A DNA stretch of 64,000 nucleotides from Eledone cirrhosa (taxonomy: Eukaryota): contig OZ024748.1 of the NCBI GenBank assembly GCA_964016885.1, forward strand, positions 27,652,001 to 27,716,000, written 5' to 3'. Positions within the stretch are counted from its first letter, which is position 1. Each line of letters starts with the position of its first letter. The notes under the pieces were generated by a model. That model was not told the DNA's origin. It was given only the letters and a program-made list of their open reading frames with translations, and ran no database searches. The translations under genes and the position numbers were made by a program. Below, piece after piece: positions 42,101 through 57,004 of this stretch.

Positions 42101-45100
42101 AACACCAACACTATCATCATCATCACCAACAACTCCACTAACACCAACACTATCACCACCACCACCAACAACTCCACTAACACCAACACTATCATCACCA
42201 CCACCAACAACTCCACTAACACCAACACTATCACCATCACCACCAACAACTCCACTAACACCAACACTATCATCATCACCACCAACAACTCCACTAACAC
42301 CAACACTATCATCATCATCACCAACAACTCCACTAACACCAACACTATCATCATCATCACCAACAACTCCACTAACACCAACACTATCATCATCACCACC
42401 AACAACTCCACTAACACCAACACTATCACCACCACCACCAACAACTCCACTAACACCAACACTATCATCATCACCACCAACAACTCCACTAACACCAACA
42501 CTATCACCATCACCACCAACAACTCCACTAACACCAACACTATCATCATCACCACCAACAACTCCACTAACACCAACACTATCATCACCACCACCAACAA
42601 CTCCACTAACACCAACACTATCACCATCACCACCAACAACTCCACTAACACCAACACTATCACCATCACCACCAACAACTCCACTAACACCAACACTATC
42701 ATCATCACCACCAACAACTCCACTAACACCAACACTATCATCATCACCACCAACAACTCCACTAACACCAACACTATCACCACCACCACCAACAACTCCA
42801 CTAACACCAACACTATCATCATCACCACCAACAACTCCACTAACACCAACACTATCACCACCACCACCAACAACTCCACTAACACCAACACTATCATCAT
42901 CACCACCAACAACTCCACTAACACCAACACTATCATCACCACCAACAACTCCACTAACACCAACACTATCATCACCACCACCAACAACTCCACTAACACC
43001 AACACTATCATCACCACCAACAACTCCACTAACACCAACACTATCATCAACATCACCACCAACAACTCCACTAACACCAACACTATCATCACCACCAACA
43101 ACTCCACTAACACCAACACTATCATCATCATCACCACCAACAACTCCACTAACACCAACACTATCATCATCACCACCAACAACTCCACTAACACCAACAC
43201 TATCATCACCACCAACAACTCCACTAACACCAACACTATCATCATCACACCACCAACAACTCCACTAACACCAACACTATCATCACCACCACCAACAACT
43301 CCACTAACACCAACACTATCATCACCACCAACAACTCCACTAACACCAACACTATCACCACCACCACCAACAACTCCACTAACACCAACACTATCACCAC
43401 CACCACCAACAACTCCACTAACACCAACACTATCATCATCACCACCAACAACTCCACTAACACCAACACTATCATCATCACCACCAACAACTCCACTAAC
43501 ACCAACACTATCACCACCACCACCAACAACTCCACTAACACCAACACTATCACCACCACCAACAACTCCACTAACACCAACACTATCACCACCACCACCA
43601 ACAACTCCACTAACACCAACACTATCACCACCACCACCAACAACTCCACTAACACCAACACTATCATCACCACCACCAACAACTCCACTAACACCAACAC
43701 TATCATCACCACCACCAACAACTCCACTAACACCAACACTATCATCACCACCAACAACAACTCCACTAACACCAACACTATCATCACCACCAACAACTCC
43801 ACTAACACCAACACTATCACCACCACCAACAACTCCACTAACACCAACACTATCATCACCACCAACAACAACTCCACTAACACCAACACTATCATCACCA
43901 CCAACAACTCCACTAACACCAACACTATCACCACCACCAACAACTCCACTAACACCAACACTATCATCACCACCAACAACTCCACTAACACCAACACTAT
44001 CATCACCACCAACAACTCCACTAACACCAACACTATCACCACCACCAACAACTCCACTAACACCAACACTATCATCACCACCACCAACAACTCCACTAAC
44101 ACCAACACTATCATCACCACCACCAACAACTCCACTAACACCAACACTATCATCACCACCAACAACAACTCCACTAACACCAACACTATCATCACCACCA
44201 ACAACTCCACTAACACCAACACTATCATCACCACCACCAACAACTCCACTAACACCAACACTATCATCACCACCAACAACAACTCCACTAACACCAACAC
44301 TATCATCACCACCAACAACTCCACTAACACCAACACTATCACCACCACCAACAACTCCACTAACACCAACACTATCATCACCACCAACAACTCCACTAAC
44401 ACCAACACTATCATCACCACCAACAACTCCACTAACACCAACACTATCACCACCACCACCACCAACAACTCCACTAACACCAACACTATCATCATCATCA
44501 CCAACAACTCCACTAACACCAACACTATCACCACCACCACCAACAACTCCACTAACACCAACACTATCACCACCACCACCAACAACTCCACTAACACCAA
44601 CACTATCATCATCATCACCACCAACAACTCCACTAACACCAACACTATCACCACCACCACCAACAACTCCACTAACACCAACACTATCATCATCATCACC
44701 AACAACAACTCCACTAACACCAACACTATCACCACCACCAACAACTCCACTAACACCAACACTATCACCATCACCACCAACAACTCCACTAACACCAACA
44801 CTATCATCATCACCACCAACAACTCCACTAACACCAACACTATCATCATCATCACCAACAACTCCACTAACACCAACACTATCATCATCATCACCAACAA
44901 CTCCACTAACACCAACACTATCACCACCACCACCAACAACTCCACTAACACCAACACTATCATCATCACCACCAACAACTCCACTAACACCAACACTATC
45001 ACCATCACCACCAACAACTCCACTAACACCAACACTATCATCATCACCACCAACAACTCCACTAACACCAACACTATCATCACCACCACCAACAACTCCA

Positions 45101-48100
45101 CTAACACCAACACTATCATCATCACCACCAACAACTCCACTAACACCAACACTATCACCATCACCACCAACAACTCCACTAACACCAACACTATCACCAC
45201 CACCACCAACAACTCCACTAACACCAACACTATCATCATCATCACCAACAACTCCACTAACACCAACACTATCATCATCATCACCAACAACTCCACTAAC
45301 ACCAACACTATCATCATCACCACCAACAACTCCACTAACACCAACACTATCATCATCATCACCAACAACTCCACTAACACCAACACTATCACCACCACCA
45401 CCAACAACTCCACTAACACCAACACTATCATCATCACCACCAACAACTCCACTAACACCAACACTATCATCATCATCACCAACAACTCCACTAACACCAA
45501 CACTATCACCACCACCACCAACAACTCCACTAACACCAACACTATCATCACCACCACCAACAACTCCACTAACACCAACACTATCACCATCACCACCAAC
45601 AACTCCACTAACACCAACACTATCATCATCACCACCAACAACTCCACTAACACCAACACTATCATCATCACCACCAACAACTCCACTAACACCAACACTA
45701 TCATCATCATCACCAACAACTCCACTAACACCAACACTATCATCATCATCACCAACAACTCCACTAACACGAACACTATCATCATCATCACCAACAACTC
45801 CACTAACACCAACACTATCACCACCACCACCAACAACTCCACTAACACCAACACTATCATCATCACCACCAACAACTCCACTAACACCAACACTATCACC
45901 ATCACCACCAACAACTCCACTAACACCAACACTATCATCATCACCACCAACAACTCCACTAACACCAACACTATCATCACCACCACCAACAACTCCACTA
46001 ACACCAACACTATCACCATCACCACCAACAACTCCACTAACACCAACACTATCACCATCACCACCAACAACTCCACTAACACCAACACTATCATCATCAC
46101 CACCAACAACTCCACTAACACCAACACTATCATCATCATCACCAACAACTCCACTAACACCAACACTATCATCATCATCACCAACAACTCCACTAACACG
46201 AACACTATCATCATCATCACCAACAACTCCACTAACACCAACACTATCACCACCACCACCAACAACTCCACTAACACCAACACTATCATCATCACCACCA
46301 ACAACTCCACTAACACCAACACTATCACCATCACCACCAACAACTCCACTAACACCAACACTATCATCACCACCACCAACAACTCCACTAACACCAACAC
46401 TATCATCACCACCACCAACAACTCCACTAACACCAACACTATCACCACCACCACCAACAACTCCACTAACACCAACACTATCACCATCACCACCAACAAC
46501 TCCACTAACACCAACACTATCATCATCACCACCAACAACTCCACTAACACCAACACTATCATCATCACCACCAACAACTCCACTAACACCAACACTATCA
46601 TCACCACCAACAACTCCACTAACACCAACACTATCACCTCCACCACCAACAACTCCACTAACACCAACACTATCACCACCACCACCAACAACTCCACTAA
46701 CACCAACACTATCATCACCACCAACAACTCCACTAACACCAACACTATCACCTCCACCACCAACAACTCCACTAACACCAACACTATCACCACCACCACC
46801 AACAACTCCACTAACACCAACACTATCATCACCACCAACAACTCCACTAACACCAACACTATCATCATCATCACCACCAACAACTCCACTAACACCAACA
46901 CTATCATCACCACCAACAACTCCACTAACACCAACACTATCATCATCATCACCACCAACAACTCCACTAACACCAACACTATCATCATCACCACCAACAA
47001 CTCCACTAACACCAACACTATCATCACCACCAACAACTCCACTAACACCAACACTATCATCATCATCACCACCAACAACTCCACTAACACCAACACTATC
47101 ATCACCACCACCAACAACTCCACTAACACCAACACTATCATCACCACCAACAACTCCACTAACACCAACACTATCACCTCCACCAACAACTCCACTAAAA
47201 CCAACACTATCACCTCCACCACCAACAACTCCACTAACACCAACACTATCACTACCACCACCAACAACTCCACTAACACCAACACTATCATCACCACCAA
47301 CAACTCCACTAACACCAACACTATCACCTCCACCACCAACAACTCCACTAACACCAACACTATCACCACCACCACCAACAACTCCACTAACACCAACACT
47401 ATCACCACCACCACCAACAACTCCACTAACACCAACACTATCATCATCACCACCAACAACTCCACTAACACCAACACTATCATCATCACCACCAACAACT
47501 CCACTAACACCAACACTATCACCACCACCACCACCAACAACTCCACTAACACCAACACTATCATCACCACCACCAACAACTCCACTAACACCAACACTAT
47601 CACCACCACCACCAACAACTCCACTAACACCAACACTATCACCACCACCACCACCAACAACTCCACTAACACCAACACTATCATCACCACCAACAACTCC
47701 ACTAACACCAACACTATCACCACCACCACCACCAACAACTCCACTAACACCAACACTATCATCACCACCACCAACAACTCCACTAACACCAACACTATCA
47801 CCACCACCACCACCAACAACTCCACTAACACCAACACTATCATCACCACCAACAACTCCACTAACACCAACACTATCACCACCACCACCACCAACAACTC
47901 CACTAACACCAACACTATCATCACCACCACCAACAACTCCACTAACACCAACACTATCACCACCACCACCACCAACAACTCCACTAACACCAACACTATC
48001 ATCATCACCACCACCAACTCCACTAACACCAACACTATCACCACCACCACCAACAACTCCACTAACACCAACACTATCACCACCACCACCACCAACAACT

Positions 48101-51100
48101 CCACTAACACCAACACTATCACCATCACCACAAACAACTCCACTAACACCAACACTATCACCACCACCACCACCAACAACTCCACTAACACCAACACTAT
48201 CATCACCACCAACAACTCCACTAACACTATCACCACCACCACCACCAACAACTCCACTAACACAAACACTATCATCATCACCAACAACAACTCCACTAAG
48301 ACCAACACCACCATCACCACCACCACCACCAACTCCACTAACACCAACACTATCATCATCATCACCAACAACAACTCCACTAACACCAACACTATCACCA
48401 CCACCACCACCAACAACTCCACTAACACAAACACTATCATCATCACCAACAACAACTCCACTAACACCAACACCACCATCACCACCACAAACAACTCTAC
48501 TAACACCAACACTATCACCATCACCACCAACAACTCCACTAACACCAATACTATCACCACAACCACCACCAACAACTCCACTAACACCAACACTATCATC
48601 ATCATCACCACCAAAAACTCCACTAACACCAACACTATCATCACCACCACCACCAACAACTCCACTAACTCCAACACTATCACCATCACCACCAAAAACT
48701 CCACTAACACCAACACTATCATCACCACCACCACCAACTCCACTAACACCAACACTATCACCATCACCACCACCAACTCCACTAACACCAACACTATCAC
48801 CATCACCACCAACAACTCCACTAACACCAACACTATCATCACCACCACCACCACCAACTCCACTAACACCAACACCACCATCACCACCACCAACTCCACT
48901 AACACCAACACCATCACCACCACCAACAACTCCACTAACACCAACACTATCACCACCACCACCACCAACTCCACTAACACCAACACCATCATCACCACCA
49001 ACAACTCCACTAACACCAACACTATCACCACCACCACCACCAACTCCACTAACACCAACACCACCATCACCACCAACAACTCCACTAACACCAACACTAT
49101 CACCACCACCACCAACAACTCCACTAACACCAACACTATCACCACCACCACCACCAACTCCACTAACACCAACACTATCATCATCACCACCACCAACTCC
49201 ACTAACACCAACACCACCATCACCACCACCAACTCCACTAACACCAACACTATCATCATCACCACCACCAACTCCACTAACACCAACACCACCATCACCA
49301 CCAACAACTCCACTAACACCAACACTATCACCACCACCACCAACAACTCCACTAACACCAACACTATCACCATCACCACCAACAACTCCACTAACACCAA
49401 CACTATCACCACCACCACCACCAACTCCACTAACACCAACACCATCACCACCACCACCAACTCCACTAACACCACCATCACCACCACCAACTCCACTAAC
49501 ACCAACACCATCACCACCACCAACAACTCCACTAACACCAACACTATCATCACCACCAACAACTCCACTAACACCAACACTATCACCATCACCACCAACA
49601 ACTCCACTAACACCAACACTATCATCACCACCACCAACAACTCCACTAACACCAACACTATCATCACCACCACCAACAACTCCACTAACACCAACACTAT
49701 CATCACCACCACCAACAACTCCACTAACACCAACACTATCATCACCACCAACAACTCCACTAACACCAACACTATCACCACCACCACCACCAACAACTCC
49801 ACTAACACCAACACTATCATCACCACCACCAACAACTCCACTAACACCAACACTATCACCACCACCACCAACAACTCCACTAACACCAACACTATCACCA
49901 CCACCACCACCAACAACTCCACTAACACCAACACTATCATCACCACCACCAACAACTCCACTAACACCAACACTATCATCACCACCACCACCAACAACTC
50001 CACTAACACCAACACTATCACCACCACCACCAACAACTCCACTAACACCAACACTATCACCACCACCACCACCAACAACTCCACTAACACCAACACTATC
50101 ATCACCACCACCAACAACTCCACTAACACCAACACTATCACCACCACCACCAACAACTCCACTAACACCAACACTATCACCACCACCACCACCAACAACT
50201 CCACTAACACCAACACTATCATCACCACCACCAACAACTCCACTAACACCAACACTATCATCACCACCACCAACAACTCCACTAACACCAACACTATCAC
50301 CACCACCACCAACAACTCCACTAACACCAACACTATCACCACCACCACCACCAACAACTCCACTAACACCAACACTATCATCACCACCACCAACAACTCC
50401 ACTAACACCAACACTATCACCACCACCACCAACAACTCCACTAACACCAACACTATCATCACCACCACCAACAACTCCACTAACACCAACACTATCATCA
50501 CCACCACCAACAACTCCACTAACACCAACACTATCATCACCACCAACAACTCCACTAACACCAACACTATCACCACCACCACCACCAACAACTCCACTAA
50601 CACCAACACTATCATCACCACCACCAACAACTCCACTAACACCAACACTATCACCACCACCACCAACAACTCCACTAACACCAACACTATCACCACCACC
50701 ACCACCAACAACTCCACTAACACCAACACTATCATCACCACCACCAACAACTCCACTAACACCAACACTATCACCACCACCACCAACAACTCCACTAACA
50801 CCAACACTATCATCACCACCACCAACAACTCCACTAACACCAACACTATCACCACCACCACCAACAACTCCACTAACACCAACACTATCATCATCACCAC
50901 CAACAACTCCACTAACACCAACACTATCACCACCACCACCACCAACAACTCCACTAACACCAACACTATCACCACCACCACCAACAACTCCACTAACACC
51001 AACACTATCACCACCACCACCACCAACAACTCCACTAACACCAACACTATCATCACCACCACCAACAACTCCACTAACACCAACACTATCATCACCACCA

Positions 51101-53393
51101 CCAACAACTCCACTAACACCAACACTATCACCACCACCACCAACAACTCCACTAACACCAACACTATCACCACCACCACCACCAACAACTCCACTAACAC
51201 CAACACTATCATCACCACCACCAACAACTCCACTAACACCAACACTATCATCACCACCACCAACAACTCCACTAACACCAACACTATCACCACCACCACC
51301 AACAACTCCACTAACACCAACACTATCACCACCACCACCACCAACAACTCCACTAACACCAACACTATCATCACCACCACCAACAACTCCACTAACACCA
51401 ACACTATCATCACCACCACCAACAACTCCACTAACACCAACACTATCACCATCACCACCAACAACTCCACTAACACCAACACTATCACCACCACCACCAC
51501 CAACAACTCCACTAACACCAACACTACCACCACCACCACCAACAACTCCACTAACACCAACACTATCACCACCACCACCAACAACTCCACTAACACCAAC
51601 ACTATCACCACCACCACCAACAACTCCACTAACACCAACACTATCACCATCACCACCAACAACTCCACTAACACCAACACTATCACCACCACCACGAACA
51701 ACTCCACTAACACCAACACTATCACCACCACCACCACCAACAACTCCACTAACACCAACACTATCATCACCACCACCAACAACTCCACTAACACCAACAC
51801 TATCATCACCACCACCAACAACTCCACTAACACCAACACTATCACCATCACCACCAACAACTCCACTAACACCAACACTATCACCACCACCACCACCAAC
51901 AACTCCACTAACACCAACACTACCACCACCACCACCAACAACTCCACTAACACCAACACTATCATCACCACCACCAACAACTCCACTAACACCAACACTA
52001 TCACCATCACCACCAACAACTCCACTAACACCAACACTATCACCACCACCACCACCAACAACTCCACTAACACCAACACTACCACCACCACCACCAACAA
52101 CTCCACTAACACCAACACTATCACCATCACCACCAACAACTCCACTAACACCAACACTACCACCACCACCACCAACAACTCCACTAACACCAACACTATC
52201 ATCATCACCACCAACAACTCCACTAACACCAACACTATCACCATCACCACCAACAACTCTACTAACACCAACACTATCACCATCACCACCAACAACTCCA
52301 CTAACACCAACACTATCACCACCACCACCAACAACTCCACTAACACCAACACTATCATCATCACCACCAACAACTCCACTAACACCAACACTATCATCAC
52401 CACCACCAACAACTCCACTAACACCAACACTATCACCATCACCACCAACAACTCCACTAACACCAACACTATCACCACCACCACCACCAACAACTCCACT
52501 AACACCAACACTACCACCACCACCACCAACAACTCCACTAACACCAACACTATCATCACCACCACCAACAACTCCACTAACACCAACACTATCACCACCA
52601 CCACCACCAACTCCACTAACACCAACACTATCATCATCACCACCAACAACTCCACTAACACCAACACTATCATCACCACCACCACCAACAACTCCACTAA
52701 CACCAACACTATCATCACCACCACCAACAACTCCACTAACACCAACACTATCATCACCACCAACAACTCCACTAACACCAACACTATCATCACCACCAAC
52801 AACTCCACTAACACCAACACTATCATCACCACCACCAACTCCACTAACACCAACACTATCATCACCACCACCAACAACTCCACTAACACCAACACCATCA
52901 TCACCACCAACAACTCTACTAACACCAACACTATCACCATCACCACCACCAACTCCACTAACACCAACACTATCATCACCACCACCAACAACTCCACTAA
53001 CACCAACACTATCACCATCACCACCAACAACTCCACTAACACCAACACTATCACCATCACCACCAACAACTCCACTAACACCAACACTATCATCATCACC
53101 ACCAACAACTCCACTAACACCAACACTATCACCATCATCACCACCAACAACTCCACTAACACCAACACTATCATCACCACCACCAACAACTCCACTAACA
53201 CCAACAATATCATCATCACCACCAACAACTCCACTAACACCAACACTACCACCTCCACCACCAACTCCACTAACACCAACACTATCATCACCACCAACAA
53301 CTCCACTAACACCAACACTATCATCATCACCACCAACAACTCCACTAACACCAACACTACCACCTCCACTAGCACCAACATTAACACCATTAT
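24131..53393. repeat. ~29-kb trinucleotide-derived satellite, unit 33/36/39 bp (about 800 units); possible giant repetitive exon
   Basis: Unit ATC(ATC/ACC)n-AAC-AAC-TCC-ACT-AAC-ACC-AAC-ACT, with almost no G on the plus strand. Uninterrupted reading frames run from 43245 to 53390. Confidence 0.97.
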
Positions 53394-53544
53394 CTGAAAA
53401 GTTTAGACTCTTTTCCTACTATAAAAAGGGATAAAATCCCATGACCCCTTGTGGAGTGGTAGAGGCACTGTCATCCGCCGGGGTGTCTTGAGCACTTTTA
53501 AACCTGGCAGAGCTCAACCCTCTCCAGATCTGAACACAGCCGAT

Positions 53545-53715
53545 TTTTCCTATAAGGGAAGAATCGAGCCAAGTACTGGACTGGTACTTTTTTATCGACC
53601 TCGAAGGGATGAAAGGCAAAGGTGACCTCGACGGGATTTGAACTCAGAGCGCCCAAAGAGGTGGGACGAATGCCGTAAAGGAGTTTATCCGAATTCTTAA
53701 TGACTCTGCCCACTA
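53545..53715 (-). mobile_element. tRNA-related SINE copy
   Basis: ctggtactttttatcgacctcgaagggatgaaaggcaaaggtgacctcgacgggatttgaactcaga is the reverse complement of the B-box-containing family. Confidence 0.8.
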
Positions 53716-53784
53716 CTATATCAAGCGTAAAACTAATATATTTCTTCATTATATTGTCTTTTGCTCTGTCATTCCTGCCTTTTG

Positions 53785-54122
<338 letters not shown>

Positions 54123-54139
54123 TGAAGACCCGACGCCAT

Positions 54140-54250
54140 TACTGGACAGGTACGTTATTCATTAACTACGAAAGAATTAAAAGTATGGAAGGCAAAATTG
54201 ACCTCGGAGGGATTTGAGCCCAGATCACCGAGAGCTGGAACAAATTCCCT
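54140..54250 (-). mobile_element. Degenerate SINE copy
   Basis: ggaaggcaaaattgacctcggagggatttgagcccaga matches the 53545 copy. Confidence 0.65.
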
Positions 54251-54766
54251 GCCATTTTTAATCCACTGCCTTGCATTAAAAAAAATACTAGGCAAAAGTA
54301 TAAGCATTACCAAGTGTGAATGTAGGGGAAGAGAATTTGGTGGGCAGGAATAGTGCAGAAGTCCAGGTAATAATAATTCTGGCGTAACAATAGTGCAGAA
54401 AAGTGACTCAATTCGGAATATGCGTTGAGGTGAAAAAAATGTACAAGATATTTCTCAATGACTAATATTATATTTTTATTTCAAATATTTCAGTGGCGCC
54501 ATTCGTACGAAATACTGCAGGGCAATTGAAGACAACGTTAGTCATTGGTTAATGTAGATTTTATTCTCGCCCTATCATATCTATTTAGCATTCAAGATAA
54601 CTTATTCCTCTTTCTCAACTGTTATATATATATAAAGAAATCATCAGGATTTCTTTTGAATGAAACTGTTCTAGTCCTGTACAAACCATTTCTATATTAA
54701 ACTTTGTTTACACTCTACTAAAGTATTAAGTACTTTACTGTGATTACCCCCGATTGAACCCGGACT

Positions 54767-54838
<72 letters not shown>

Positions 54839-54900
54839 TAGGGGGAGGGGCGTGTGAGTGTGTGTGTGAGTGAGTGTGTGTGTGAGTGTGTGTGTGTGTG

Positions 54901-55240
54901 CAGAAGGTTCAATAAGTCCGAAGAAAACTGGTGAGATTACCAAGGTCAGCACTCGATGCAGAGCTGATTGTATATAAGAATAAACTGGAGGTGTTACATA
55001 GGAGGTTTATTGCTCAATCCTGGTTACAGATGTTTCTCAGGCAACCAACTCGTGATCTGGGGGTCATCCCAGACCAGACTCCAAGTTTGCCTGATCCTCA
55101 GACCAGTGTTAACACAACAAACATCACATCAAATCTGTGGATGAACCAGCCAGACACAAACAAGCCTATAGAATGACCAATCACGGGCCTAGAATTCACC
55201 GGAGCACCTATTCCGAGCATTACAAGAAAAAACCGTTATA
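54901..55240 (-). mobile_element. Hammerhead-bearing Penelope-like pseudo-LTR / retrozyme-like element
   Basis: Hammerhead at 55020-55106, AATAAA at 55006-55011 (minus) and the GCATCGAGTGCT tail motif at ~54948-54959. It ends at a (TG)n/(TA)n tract. Confidence 0.7.
55020..55106 (-). ncRNA. Type I hammerhead ribozyme with extended stem II
   Basis: Minus strand reads CTGGT-CTGAGGA-TCAGGCAA-(inner hairpin ggtctggg/cccagatc)-TTGCCTGA-GAAAC-ATCT-GTA-ACCAG. Stem I (5 bp) and stem II (8 bp) are both perfect. Confidence 0.85.
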
Positions 55241-55450
55241 AACAAACACAAAAACAAAAAAGAAAATATCGGATATAAATATAAAAAAAATATGTCCACG
55301 TATACACGATCACATACATACACACACACTTGCATAACATACCTACGTACACACACTCTCCCACACGTAGAAATTGTACATGTATGTTATAAACATATAC
55401 AGACACACACACATACACACATCTCCACACACACATGCATATATATACAC

Positions 55451-55753
55451 TGAAAAACTCAGAGTTGTATGGGAGCCTCCCAAAAGTCAGCTCAAAAGTG
55501 ACACAGAGGAGACTGAGGTTAGCTGGACATGCTCACTAACATCCAGAGTTGACATTGCACTCAGTGCTCCTGTGGGAGCCCCTACATGGACACACTGGAA
55601 GAGGAAGACCAAGGTTAACGTATGTTGATGCCATAAGGACAGACACTGGTCTGTTGGAGACGCAGGACATGGCAGCGATAATGAGGGACAGAGACCGCTG
55701 GAGAGAATTCGTCCATGGATCTCGGGAATTTTACCCGCCCTAGATAGATAGAT
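55451..55753 (+). mobile_element. 5'-truncated RTE-type LINE 3' end (post-RT C-terminal region, one in-frame stop) with (ATAG)n tail
   Basis: Translation NSELYGSLPKVSSKVTQRRLRLAGHAH*HPELTLHSVLLWEPLHGHTGRGRPRLTYVDAIRTDTG...MRDRDRW. The RRLRxAGH, GRGRP and DRxxW motifs are typical of RTE-clade ORF ends. Confidence 0.85.
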
Positions 55754-56007
55754 ATATACACACATAAAAAATGCAAGACAATGGGTTTTGGTGCTCTGGG
55801 ACGAGTGCTGAGGCTACTGTGGCAGGACAGGGTCAGTAGCTCCCGGTGGAAACCACAACCGGAGAATTTTCCGCCTCAATTTGAAGTTCCGGTTCTCGTT
55901 CTTGAGCTAGATTAGTGTGGGACATCTTGCTTGTTTGTCTCGAGGAGCACATGTGGTTGTGGAAGCGGGATTTGAACTCGGTACTTTCTAGCACAGTTAT
56001 GTCCCTT

Positions 56008-56125
56008 TACGGTCTGAGTTCAAATCCCGTCGAGGTTAACTTTGCCTTTCATCCTTACGGGGTCGATAAAATAAAGTACCAGTAATGAAATGGGTAATTG
56101 CTGGCCTTGTGCCAAAAGTAGAAGC

Positions 56126-56130
<5 letters not shown>
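56008..56130 (+). mobile_element. tRNA-related SINE copy ending at (TA)n
   Basis: GAGTTCAAATCCCGTCGAGGTTAACTTTGCCTTTCATCCTTACGGGGTCGATAAAATAAAGTACCAGT...GCTGGCCTTGTGCCAAAAGTAGAA. Confidence 0.85.
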
Positions 56131-56194
<64 letters not shown>

Positions 56195-57004
56195 TTGACG
56201 GAACTATCATAGGTTTCACTGCTAGTACCGGTTGCATCTCAGCGCATTCAATAGGTAATGTTATGTAAACTCACAGAGTAGAAACATAGTTATTCGCTTC
56301 AATACAACACACGTAAATGGGTACCTTCAATCGATACCCGTACTCGAGTTTCGGCCACACTTAATGCAGCAATAGAGTGCATTTATTATGGAACAATAAT
56401 ATGTGGTTTCGCCTAATCAATAACCAATCGATTGACAGAATTCGATTCCAGTCCGTGTCGACTATTACTGGATGTGTGGCCAACACAGTAAAGTATCACC
56501 AACTGAAATTTCTTCGCGTCATCACAATGCCGTCAACCGATTGGCTACTGATTTAGAAATTTGATGGCAGGAGGTGAAATTGAAATATTTCCGCTCCCGC
56601 CATAAGCACTCAGCCAAATTAACAAGTTAGTGAAAAATCGGTTATTAGAAAAAATCAGTCTCTAATCGCTGTACAATAGAATGGTAGCATTCAGCTCCAG
56701 TCTCCAAGTCCCATGGTGAGAAGTAATGTGACAGTAACAATGATAGTACCTAAAACCTTTCCGGACGCTAAATGCCAACCGGCGATTAGACAGCGATATA
56801 GAGTTAGCGCGCTGGTTAGAATTCGAATTCTAGATATTTCGGCCAACCCACCATATATGTAGTATTTATAATTATTAGTTTCTCCTTTTTCTACATTACC
56901 AGCAGTTTTTATGCGTAAATACAACTATCTCATCAGATGCGCCGAAAACAAGGTAATGCGGAAATAAGTGAAACTGTTGATATAAATACATACACAAACA
57001 CACA

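Noticed and set aside
43245-53390. 3381-aa MIVLVLVELLVV ORF as a real protein
   Set aside because: It is almost wholly aliphatic with no soluble domain, which is implausible as a protein. It is the alternative frame of the satellite.
24131-53393. CRISPR-like or telomeric array (constant part plus variable part)
   Set aside because: The variable part is only ATC/ACC triplet permutations rather than unique spacers, and there are no TTAGGG or TTAGG units.
56830-56940. Minus-strand CTGATGA...CGAAA pair as a hammerhead
   Set aside because: Stems I and II do not pair consistently.
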